Sequence record: OP889247.1
Strand: one strand, 5' to 3'
DNA length: 64,000 nucleotides
The notes under the pieces are model-generated. The model was not told the origin of the DNA. It saw only the letters and a program-made list of their open reading frames with translations, and ran no database searches. The position numbers were made by a program, and so were the translations under genes. How positions within the stretch are numbered: position 1 is the first letter of the stretch; every line of letters starts with the position of its first letter. Below are positions 56,059 to 64,000 of the stretch, in pieces.

Positions 56059-56929
56059 AATGACTAACACTAACAAAGAAGTGTTTGGGTTAAAAACTAT
56101 CCAATCACTTTTTCGGGAAGTTGGTCTCTATGGAGGGCGCATTGACGCCCTCTTTGGGACTGGTTGTGTAGACGCCATGCATAGTGTTGTTAAACACGTT
56201 AATCCGAACTACAACCCGATTGTAGCCGTTCCTACTTATTTAGCTAGTGACGTATTTAAGTGGGTTCAAGAATATCTTGTACGAGCTGGTAAGGTACCTG
56301 CTGAGTTTAAGGTAGATGGAAAGTGGGGACCTGCTAGTAAAGGTGAATTAGAGAAGCTTTGTAATATCTACGCTCAGGATAATAACCTTCCTCAATACAG
56401 TTACGCCTGGACAAGTCACAAGAATTTAACTCCTGAAGTAATTAAGAAAGTTGAAGACTGGATGGTGAAGTGGGGTAAACCTCTTGATCATGTAAGTTAC
56501 TTGTTTAGTTGTTTTGCTTTGGAGACTGGACGTACTTTTGATCCTGCTGCTTTGAATAAACATAGCAAAGCTAGAGGTCTTATCCAATTCATGCCAAATG
56601 GATCTATGAAAGATCTTGGTGTAACAGATGAGCAGTTAAAAGTCATGTCAGTGTTTGAACAACTTGACTGGGTTTTCAAATACTTTGAAAAGTACAGCTA
56701 TATCAAGAAGTGTAACTGTCTTGAAGATTATTACCTCTCTATTTTCTATCCTGCTCATGTCGGTAAAGATCCTAACTTGGTAGTTGGTACCAAGGGAACT
56801 AAACTCTACGAGCAAAACTCTGGGTTTGATTCCGAGAAGAAAGGGTTCTACACCGTTGGTGATATTGCTTCGGCGATTACTACTTTCTATTGGGAAGGTA
56901 TGGATCCAAAACTTCGTCTTGCTAAATAA
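56042..56929 (+). CDS. modular lysin: two peptidoglycan-binding repeats plus SLT-type lytic transglycosylase
   Basis: IDALFGTG and VDGKWGPAS PG-binding motifs; ALETG catalytic Glu and RGLIQFMP; start may be a nearby downstream ATG. Confidence 0.85.
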   Translation: MGDMNKMTNTNKEVFGLKTIQSLFREVGLYGGRIDALFGTGCVDAMHSVVKHVNPNYNPIVAVPTYLASDVFKWVQEYLVRAGKVPAEFKVDGKWGPASKGELEKLCNIYAQDNNLPQYSYAWTSHKNLTPEVIKKVEDWMVKWGKPLDHVSYLFSCFALETGRTFDPAALNKHSKARGLIQFMPNGSMKDLGVTDEQLKVMSVFEQLDWVFKYFEKYSYIKKCNCLEDYYLSIFYPAHVGKDPNLVVGTKGTKLYEQNSGFDSEKKGFYTVGDIASAITTFYWEGMDPKLRLAK

Positions 56930-56938
56930 GGTATTCTC

Positions 56939-57103
56939 ATGGAAAACACTGTCGACAACATCATTACGTTGTCTAATATGTACGAGGTCGTTTCACAGAC
57001 CTTGAAGAAAGTAGGTTACGAGTTCCAAGCTCCCTTGAGCGAAGTTGAGGAACAAGAAGTAATCTCCCGTCAAATCAAATCAGCTGTATTGGGAGAAGAA
57101 TAA
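56939..57103 (+). CDS. 54-aa hypothetical protein (absent from ORF track)
   Basis: MENTVDNIITLSNMYEVVSQTLKKVGYEFQAPLSEVEEQEVISRQIKSAVLGEE; AAGGT SD; fills gap with TAATG coupling. Confidence 0.7.
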   Translation: MENTVDNIITLSNMYEVVSQTLKKVGYEFQAPLSEVEEQEVISRQIKSAVLGEE

Positions 57104-58623
57104 TGATTCCTCAAAGCACTATTCTAGTCGTTACTCCTATTGCAATGGAAGCAGACCAGAAAGCCACTGTATTGTCAGAAGGTAGTTCTGACATCATCAA
57201 GGGCCTGAACGACACCACAGCGTCTCTGGGTGGGTTCACTCCTGACAACATTGCAACTGAACTCCCTGATTACACCAAACTTGTTCCTGAACACACTGAA
57301 GTAATGGAAATGGTTTCTACTAAGCTGGCAGAAATCATTCGTAGTTCTCTGTACGTAATTAGTAAATGCGTTAAACCTATTTTGAAAGAAGCGGATAACG
57401 AAATTGCTCGTAATCTGAATGTTCAGAATGTGGTCGATCTCTCCTTTGATTACCTGAATGTCAAAATGGTTAACATGGAACCGGATTTCCTTAACTCTCC
57501 GTTCTGTCCAACCGAACTTCCTAATACCTTGAAGGAAACTTCCAAAGTAGCACTTAATGAACTACTTAAAGGTAATTGGGCTGATGACAAAACTGGTGAA
57601 GAACTGATCGATCTGATCCGTGTCGATTCTGGTGTTCTTTATACTTTCTTTGAAAGTCCTGATGAAGTACTGGAAGTGTATCGCCGGATCTTTGTTAATA
57701 AAGCTTGGCATGACTTCTTTAGTAGCACCGGTATTCAAAATGGTGTTGTTGATGTCATGCATCAAGATAGTTACCATATTGGTAAATTCCGTGCTATTGT
57801 TATTGCCAACTTGTTGGTAAATAAACTGTGTGCTATGGAAGACCCAATGGAAGGTGTAACTGGTGTTAGTCTGGTTGACTATCGCGGTTCTCTTGCTATG
57901 ACTCGTGATATCCTGTCTGGCTCACTAGTACGTTTCCGTAACATTTGGCTGGGTCAGGCTGCTAGTGGGATTGTTATCGTTGATGGCGACGTCAAGTACA
58001 CAGAAGCTAACTGGGGTTTACTCAACGGCACTAAACTTCTTACTGGTAACGTTACTGTCGGTTACAATAACAAAGTCTTGGGTCTCTTTAGTGAAGCTTC
58101 CAGTTACAGTCTGTCTGAATACGTTCTTGGTTATCTGTATGCTAAAGAACGTGGGTATCGTGTTAAAGATATCATGACCGACGCTAATGTAATTGAAGAT
58201 GCATTGCGCGAATACCAGCAAGATCTTACTACTCGTCTTTATGACAACCTTCAGAAAGTCTCTAAGGAATCTTTCATTACTGCGATTAAGCGTATGGAGA
58301 TGCATGAGAACTTTGAAAGTGTTGTTAACACTATGGATGAAAGCGTTCCTAAGGGTGTTCGCATTATTAGCAAACTTCAAGAAGCGATGAACCTTAACGA
58401 TTTCTTCGGTAATCCGATGATGATCGAGGACATCTGTAAAGGTAAACGTTCCCTGCTTCAAACTGGTATGGCTAAAGAACTCTGTCTGGTATTTGGTTCA
58501 GAGATTGCAGCTGAAATCCTGTTGGAGAATGCTAAAGGCGAACCAGGCCCAGTAGAACATCAGCGTAAAGTTCTCACTGGTGCGATTATCAAAGCGATTA
58601 TCAAACGGATCTATACCAAGTGA
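57103..58623 (+). CDS. virion head protein (phiKZ gp177-like)
   Basis: 506 aa; synteny between vRNAP beta and protease; possible AME|A propeptide site. Confidence 0.6.
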   Translation: MIPQSTILVVTPIAMEADQKATVLSEGSSDIIKGLNDTTASLGGFTPDNIATELPDYTKLVPEHTEVMEMVSTKLAEIIRSSLYVISKCVKPILKEADNEIARNLNVQNVVDLSFDYLNVKMVNMEPDFLNSPFCPTELPNTLKETSKVALNELLKGNWADDKTGEELIDLIRVDSGVLYTFFESPDEVLEVYRRIFVNKAWHDFFSSTGIQNGVVDVMHQDSYHIGKFRAIVIANLLVNKLCAMEDPMEGVTGVSLVDYRGSLAMTRDILSGSLVRFRNIWLGQAASGIVIVDGDVKYTEANWGLLNGTKLLTGNVTVGYNNKVLGLFSEASSYSLSEYVLGYLYAKERGYRVKDIMTDANVIEDALREYQQDLTTRLYDNLQKVSKESFITAIKRMEMHENFESVVNTMDESVPKGVRIISKLQEAMNLNDFFGNPMMIEDICKGKRSLLQTGMAKELCLVFGSEIAAEILLENAKGEPGPVEHQRKVLTGAIIKAIIKRIYTK

Positions 58624-59366
58624 TCGAATTCGATAAGCTGAAGAAAGACACAGGGCGGATTAATTCCGCCCTTAAAGTCATGCCTGATAATACAGTCGTT
58701 GCTCTTAAGAAGATGACGTGTTACATTCCTAAGCGCTTCGAACAATCTGGTTTGGCTGAAGTTGGTGATTCGGTAAATACAATTATGGCAGTTGGGGTGG
58801 TGGTTGATGACTACTACTCTTGCTTTGGTTCTCTGACACGGTTTAGCATGAAACCCGGCGATACTTCTGAGGAAGTTATTAAAGGTGAACGTTACTATGT
58901 CATGCATTTTGAACCGGGTGATGTTGTTATTGAAAACATCTTTGTTCCGCAGGACGCTAACCTGATCTATTACTTCTATTTGGAATTCATCAAATACGCT
59001 CGTTATCCATGGTATATGGATGAAAGCGTGCTATTGAATATCTTTGATGAAAGTTCTTATTTTGCAGGTAAGAAAGTAGGTAGTTCTGCTCAAGTACTCA
59101 GAGTGTTGTTTTCGTTAACAATGCGAGATCCTGTCAACTTGGATATTCCGTTTCGTTATTCCCCGCAGTTTAAAGATCTCTCCGTGAAACCTCGGATCAT
59201 CGGTATTAACAACCCGGGTCAACTACTTAACAGTACATTTAGTAGATTGTCTTCAGGTTATATGTCTGATAACATTGTCAGTGGTATTCTTAACCCAGAT
59301 ACTCAGATGACAACGTTGGAAGAGGTGATCCGTGGTCTTCCTGAAGAGTATGGAGAGTTACAATGA
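58620..59366 (+). CDS. vRNAP-associated subunit (phiKZ gp176/SPN3US gp244-like)
   Basis: 248 aa immediately upstream of protease; assigned by synteny. Confidence 0.55.
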   Translation: MIEFDKLKKDTGRINSALKVMPDNTVVALKKMTCYIPKRFEQSGLAEVGDSVNTIMAVGVVVDDYYSCFGSLTRFSMKPGDTSEEVIKGERYYVMHFEPGDVVIENIFVPQDANLIYYFYLEFIKYARYPWYMDESVLLNIFDESSYFAGKKVGSSAQVLRVLFSLTMRDPVNLDIPFRYSPQFKDLSVKPRIIGINNPGQLLNSTFSRLSSGYMSDNIVSGILNPDTQMTTLEEVIRGLPEEYGELQ

Positions 59367-60217
59367 GTGAAATTAGCTTTGGGAATATCGTTCTAGCTAA
59401 TAGTGGTAAAAAAGGTATTCTCAAACCAAACTCAGATGGCATTTACCGTTTGAATGCCGGTGGGTTTAATATCCCTAATCACGCTGGTATTGTTTATCCT
59501 GCTAACAAATACATACGTGAACAGATGGAAGCTAATAGCGACCTTAACCGTCGTGTTAGTATGGGTTATTGCTTGATGGAACGCGAACATCCGCAACCTT
59601 TCTTTTATGTAGAAGAGAATGGTGTTCGTTATCGTAAAGCAATGACATCAGTTCTCGAGTGGATTAATCGTCTTCGTAGTTATGACGACGATAATGTTTG
59701 TGGTTTAATTACAAAGGTAATCTTCCGTCCAGAAAACCCTAATAATCTTTCAGCTCCTATTTGGAATGAAATTGATTGTAAACCATTTGGGAAACGGGCA
59801 GAAGAGTTTAGAGAATCTTTAGAAACTCCTGAACATAACACAGCTGTAAGTATTCGTACTCAGATTTCTCCATTTAAGCCTGGTGAAACTCGTAAAGAAG
59901 TTGAATACTGGACAGGATATGACTGGGTAAAGGAACCTGGGTTCTTACATGCTAATAAGCACATGACAGCTGGTTGTGAGTCCATGCTTTCTGATTTTAA
60001 TCTGGGGATGGATAACGTCATTAAGTTCAAAGCTTCTGATGTTATTGAACAGATTGATAACCAACTAGCTCTTGCTGCTAATAGTGACTTTGAACTCCAA
60101 CGTGTAGGTGGTATGGAATCACTTAACATGATGAAGGGTATGGTAGAAGCTGTTAAACGCAATTACAGGTCTGGTGACACAGCACGTATTGGTGTTTCCT
60201 TTAGCGACGTATTCTAA
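59363..60217 (+). CDS. prohead protease (phiKZ gp175-like)
   Basis: EREHP catalytic His region, VSIRT catalytic Ser region, C-terminal AGCES and GGMES self-cleavage-type sites. Confidence 0.85.
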   Translation: MSEISFGNIVLANSGKKGILKPNSDGIYRLNAGGFNIPNHAGIVYPANKYIREQMEANSDLNRRVSMGYCLMEREHPQPFFYVEENGVRYRKAMTSVLEWINRLRSYDDDNVCGLITKVIFRPENPNNLSAPIWNEIDCKPFGKRAEEFRESLETPEHNTAVSIRTQISPFKPGETRKEVEYWTGYDWVKEPGFLHANKHMTAGCESMLSDFNLGMDNVIKFKASDVIEQIDNQLALAANSDFELQRVGGMESLNMMKGMVEAVKRNYRSGDTARIGVSFSDVF

Positions 60218-60221
60218 TATT

Positions 60222-60251
60222 ACCTACTTCTCCTTAATTGGGGAAGTAGGT
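60222..60251 (+). terminator. hairpin of the TTAATT-loop family ending the head operon
   Basis: ACCTACTTCTCC-TTAATT-GGGGAAGTAGGT then TTATTT. Confidence 0.7.
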
Positions 60252-60325
60252 TTATTTATGTTTTTACTCTGTTTGACATTTATCGTAGAGCTATTTCACT
60301 TAATATATCCATCAGGAGTTTTCTA

Positions 60326-60883
60326 ATGCATTTTAATCTGGAAGTTATTCGTCGTTACTCTCATGCTATTGAATTTGTAGAACAAGCCTTTACCATTGAA
60401 AATACTTTTAAGGAAATGATCCCTGTTTGGGAGAAACTTCTTTCCGAAGATGGAAGTTCTATTATTGTTCGTGAAACACTAACACGTTCTAAAGCTCAAT
60501 TGGTCCAATTGTACGCTCGTGACCTGATGAAATATGTAAACTCTATTATCGGGTTGACTCTGTTCCCTATTACTCAAGAAGATATCAAGGTAGGTAACTG
60601 GCGAGTAGATTCCATTATTCTACAGATTGCTAGTAATGAGATTAAAGATCATCGTCATTTGTTTGATTTGATGATGACTAACTTGTATGGTGTTCCTACT
60701 GTAATGTTTGAGTTTAGTAAGGAAAAGAGTTCTACTATTCTCGCCAAGTATCTAGAGAACACTTTCCAAGGTATTAAACTTCAATATGATGAAACAAGAG
60801 AAGTTTCTTTGGTAGGTTTGGAAGACAAACTGGTTAGTTATCTGAACTCTGAAGAAGTTGAAACGGTTATCACTTTGAACTAA
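60326..60883 (+). CDS. hypothetical protein
   Basis: 185 aa, AGGAG SD. Confidence 0.8.
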   Translation: MHFNLEVIRRYSHAIEFVEQAFTIENTFKEMIPVWEKLLSEDGSSIIVRETLTRSKAQLVQLYARDLMKYVNSIIGLTLFPITQEDIKVGNWRVDSIILQIASNEIKDHRHLFDLMMTNLYGVPTVMFEFSKEKSSTILAKYLENTFQGIKLQYDETREVSLVGLEDKLVSYLNSEEVETVITLN

Positions 60884-60894
60884 ATGATATTACT

Positions 60895-60930
60895 AACAGA
60901 AGAGGGGTTGGTCCTTCTTCTGTTATTTTT
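60895..60930 (+). terminator. Rho-independent terminator-like hairpin
   Basis: AACAGAAGAGGG...TCCTTCTTCTGTT then ATTTTT. Confidence 0.6.
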
Positions 60931-60936
60931 ACTGTT

Positions 60937-60968
60937 CTATATTTTTTCAAACCGATATAATTATGATG
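60937..60968 (+). promoter_or_regulatory. phage promoter motif, probably early/vRNAP
   Basis: CTATATTTTTTCAAACCGATATAATTATGATG. Confidence 0.65.
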
Positions 60969-61035
60969 AACAGCGATTACGCTGGGAGACGAAACAGTCG
61001 TTCTCTCATTTCTTATTTGTTTAAGGGAGTCTTAG

Positions 61036-61941
61036 GTGAAACGAAGTTATCAAGATTTCTTTCTAGGTCATAGTCCTGATTTAATAGGACGTCTATATTG
61101 TAATAAAATGTCGGGTGACAATGAACCACGAATTACAATATTCAAAATGGATAAGTGGTTTACTAATCATTCCATTGAGGTATCTGAAACTCTATTAAAG
61201 GTTGTTAGAAAGCTTTCTAAGGGAAAGATGGGTGAACGCACTAGCATTCCTGTAAAGTCTCTTACAATCGTTCGTGGAGAGTCTGGGAGGATGTTTATCA
61301 CTAGGGGTGAAACAATCTCTATTTGTTTAGTAGATTATGTCTCTGGTGAGTTAGTAGAAGAGAATGAACTTAGGCTAAAGGCAAGTTATGACTTTCTAAT
61401 TAAGACATTGAGTTTAATTCTCAAATGGGGTAAAGAGAGTAAACCTGGAAGTAAACCAAAGATTAAATTCCCAGTTCATCCATCGGCTGATAAAGTAAAT
61501 AACAAAAGTTACTTTATCGATTACCCCAATAGTGAAACTCCTAGTGTATTTAGTTGGTACGAACTTCCTAATGCAGGAGGTTTTAATATCAACATAGAAG
61601 GTGGTCAATACACTGGATTTGTAACTAACAAGAATGGAGAAGTTCAAGGGCATTTGTCAGATTTAATTGAAGGACTTGAACTAATACAAAAGAACAGTCA
61701 AGTTTATCAAATGGTTAAATTGAGCAAATCTAATCCTAGTCATTATGTAACGTCTTCTCCCGGTGAACATAAAGACAAAGATGGTAAACGTATTCCAATA
61801 GTAGTAATCAACTTTGATAATACTAAGTCTTTAAACAAAGTGTTATTTGCAGGTTATCCTGAAACACTTAAAGATTTGATTATTAAGTTAAAAGAAGCTA
61901 ATAAAGGTTTAACCAAACACTTTAATAAGGAAATAGAATAA
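61036..61941 (+). CDS. hypothetical protein
   Basis: 301 aa, GTG start after AGGGAG SD. Confidence 0.75.
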   Translation: MKRSYQDFFLGHSPDLIGRLYCNKMSGDNEPRITIFKMDKWFTNHSIEVSETLLKVVRKLSKGKMGERTSIPVKSLTIVRGESGRMFITRGETISICLVDYVSGELVEENELRLKASYDFLIKTLSLILKWGKESKPGSKPKIKFPVHPSADKVNNKSYFIDYPNSETPSVFSWYELPNAGGFNINIEGGQYTGFVTNKNGEVQGHLSDLIEGLELIQKNSQVYQMVKLSKSNPSHYVTSSPGEHKDKDGKRIPIVVINFDNTKSLNKVLFAGYPETLKDLIIKLKEANKGLTKHFNKEIE

Positions 61942-62657
61942 TGAACACCACAACAAAATCAAAGATATTTGAACCTGGAGTAATGTTGGAAGCTGTTAAG
62001 GACGGATCAGTATCTGTACCTGAGTTTATTACCGTGAATAGCAACGGAAGTTTTACAGTACCTGTTTCAGAAAAGGATCATTTTAAATTAGCATACCTTA
62101 AATGGTGCCAAATGTTCTATATTCAAACTAGTAAACGCAAGACATATATTGTTTTAGCCGATGAGGCTAAAAAGATCATTCTTGCTTTGTACAGAAATGA
62201 CACAGAACTTTTGGAAAAAGCTGAATCAGTTAAACACGAAAATATGTTCTCTGCGCAAATGGTAGCACAGCTCTGTTTTGTTTTGTTGACCATGCGGATT
62301 GACTTGACTACCGATTTAGTTAAGTTCGGTGACTTCGATCTAATTGGTAGCGGCGATAAAGTTGAATACACCATTGTGATGAAATTGCGGGGTTGTGATT
62401 TTATCACCTTTAAGTTTACAGCTGGCTGTATAGACGTTAGTACAGATTCAGTAAGTTCTAAGCAACCTACTCCACACATGTTACACATGTCTATTATTAC
62501 CATACTTGATATGTGGAAAATGGTTAAAGAAGATTTAACCATTTTATCTATTACCAAGCTGGTAGATGATGATCTAGATCAAGTTGCACACCAGTATTTG
62601 TTACGAGCATTACCTATTAGCGTTAAACGTATTGTAGAGACAGAATTCATCAGTTAA
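61941..62657 (+). CDS. hypothetical protein
   Basis: 238 aa, TAATG coupling. Confidence 0.8.
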   Translation: MNTTTKSKIFEPGVMLEAVKDGSVSVPEFITVNSNGSFTVPVSEKDHFKLAYLKWCQMFYIQTSKRKTYIVLADEAKKIILALYRNDTELLEKAESVKHENMFSAQMVAQLCFVLLTMRIDLTTDLVKFGDFDLIGSGDKVEYTIVMKLRGCDFITFKFTAGCIDVSTDSVSSKQPTPHMLHMSIITILDMWKMVKEDLTILSITKLVDDDLDQVAHQYLLRALPISVKRIVETEFIS

Positions 62658-62668
62658 AATTAGTGGTT

Positions 62669-62700
62669 CTATAATTTTTCAAACCTATATTACCTAAGTG
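62669..62700 (+). promoter_or_regulatory. phage promoter motif, probably early/vRNAP
   Basis: CTATAATTTTTCAAACCTATATTACCTAAGTG, contains exact TATATTAC. Confidence 0.75.
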
Positions 62701-62779
62701 ATAAGTAAGAGAAGTATTATCTTACTATTCCTTTTGTCACTCATGGGGTGTCAAATATAAATGCTTAAGGAGCATAAAA

Positions 62780-63757
62780 ATGTCCAAAACCATTATCATA
62801 AACACCACACCTTGTTTATTCGTTACAGAAATTTATAACAAGGGTAAAAGAGCTTTGGTAATACAAGGTTCTTACTCTGGACCCAGGCAAGACATCCAAA
62901 GTCAAAACCTAATGCATATAGTTTTAGATGAACAGGAAGTCATTGAACTTAGAAATAAACTCCAGACAGTAAATGAAGATCACAACACAGTAGAAGGTAA
63001 AGAATGTCGTTATATTTCTATGGAGCGACATGACTTGTTATATACCGCCAATAAACTAGTTTTATCAAGTCCTCAAAAACCAGGGAAATCTCAAATAACT
63101 CTTCACAGTTTAATGAAGAAAACTAATTTTGAAATAGCTCAGAAATGGTTTTTGAAAGGATTTATAGAACGTTTCTCTGGTTTACTTGGATCATTCATTT
63201 TGAAGGAGGATATAACAGCACATGCATTGAAAGAAACAATTACTGGTGGGTTAATTAAACTACATTACAATAACTTCGATAGTTTAGGTTATCATCATCC
63301 AAACAGAATTTTCCATGTTACAATGGAAGCAGCCGATGGGATAAGTTACAGAATTCTCAGTGACCAAGGTCATGCAAATTTTGCAATCAGGTCTGCGACT
63401 GAATTAGGACAAATTCAACATTTGGTAAAAGAAATAGATCGGTCCACAACTGGTCAAAACTTTGCCGGTGTACTAAATTCCGCCCCGAAGATGATGATGA
63501 CTGCTTATCAAAGTTTAGAAACAACTTGGAAAGTGTTTAATAATGAAAAGATACATCATTTCATTATAGTCCAAACTAGTTTGACGGTATTGAGAAGAAT
63601 CATTTTTACTCCAACTAAGGGAACAAGTGAAACATTTCAAAAAGTTTTAGGTGTGTTGGAAACAGATATTAAAGAACGGTACATTAATAAAGACGACACA
63701 CTTCTTCATATAGAGGTTGAAACCGGGTCAACACCTATTAGACGTCTAGGTGATTAG
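62780..63757 (+). CDS. hypothetical protein
   Basis: 325 aa, AAGGAG SD. Confidence 0.8.
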   Translation: MSKTIIINTTPCLFVTEIYNKGKRALVIQGSYSGPRQDIQSQNLMHIVLDEQEVIELRNKLQTVNEDHNTVEGKECRYISMERHDLLYTANKLVLSSPQKPGKSQITLHSLMKKTNFEIAQKWFLKGFIERFSGLLGSFILKEDITAHALKETITGGLIKLHYNNFDSLGYHHPNRIFHVTMEAADGISYRILSDQGHANFAIRSATELGQIQHLVKEIDRSTTGQNFAGVLNSAPKMMMTAYQSLETTWKVFNNEKIHHFIIVQTSLTVLRRIIFTPTKGTSETFQKVLGVLETDIKERYINKDDTLLHIEVETGSTPIRRLGD

Positions 63758-63810
63758 TACACTATTTATCTTTCAAAACCATTAATAAACAATCAAAGGA
63801 AATCAAAACA

Positions 63811-64000
63811 ATGCCTAAAGCAAACGCATTCGCTAAATCCATGGATTCTTCTATCGCTGAACTGGTTAAGAACGCAACCATTCACAAAGATACACATCAC
63901 GTAGCTTTTGCTACTCCTACTCTTCCTAAAGGCATCACTGCCGAATCGCTTACTCTGCATAACGATTTCGTTAATCAGGTATCTGTAGCAACTGAAGCAG
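63811..64000 (+). CDS. hypothetical protein, 3'-truncated by window edge
   Basis: ATG 63811 after AAGGA SD; MPKANAFAKSMDSSIAELVK... open to window end. Confidence 0.75.
   Translation, partial: MPKANAFAKSMDSSIAELVKNATIHKDTHHVAFATPTLPKGITAESLTLHNDFVNQVSVATEA

Noticed and set aside
60273-60306. sigma70 promoter upstream of 60326 (TTGACA)
   Set aside because: No acceptable -10 hexamer at 16-18 nt spacing.
60958-61010. Hammerhead ribozyme (ATGATGA...CGAAA)
   Set aside because: The core is not CUGANGA and stem II does not lead directly into GAAA; kept only as a structured leader.
1-64000. CRISPR array, rRNA, reverse transcriptase/DGR, stop-codon recoding
   Set aside because: I found no repeat-spacer array or RT motif by eye, and genes tile tightly under the standard code with normal stops.
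1-64000. Direct proof of a nucleus-forming lifestyle
   Set aside because: No chimallin or PhuZ is recognisable in this window; the phiKZ-like assignment rests on vRNAP subunits, protease, head proteins and gene order.

Overview
64 kb of a low-GC, densely coding jumbo-phage genome of the phiKZ/SPN3US type. Assignments to phiKZ/SPN3US gene numbers come from recalled motifs and synteny, not from database searches. The left part (1-23 kb) is an accessory region with many short hypothetical genes behind a repeated AT-rich phage promoter motif. It also holds a dTTP-supply set (metallophosphoesterase, ThyA, HAD phosphatase, DHFR, Tdk), a GNAT, a WYL-domain gene and an adjacent ClpP-like protease plus GroEL-like chaperonin. 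The middle (23-43 kb) holds conserved core genes: RNase H-like, internal head protein, SNF2-type helicase, UvsX/RecA-like, virion RNAP beta C-terminal piece, a free-standing HNH endonuclease and a tail/baseplate protein. The right part (43-60 kb) is the tape-measure/GH19 lysozyme gene, divergent from an operon of vRNAP beta', vRNAP beta, lysin, head proteins and prohead protease, followed by further promoter-driven hypothetical genes. I found no tRNA, rRNA, CRISPR array, chimallin or PhuZ. Three unexplained signals stand out. (1) A two-copy ~100-nt structured non-coding element (3606-3706 and 39069-39161) whose hairpin varies symmetrically around tandem G.A pairs and a C-GTA-G triloop; one copy lies upstream of the HNH gene. 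(2) A C-terminal GGMES...VEAV...S[IF]SDVF-stop tail shared by the prohead protease and the SNF2 helicase, a candidate cleavable capsid-import tag. (3) An ungapped DP-x19-G-x10-RY-x-[DN]-L N-terminal module shared by three dispersed genes.
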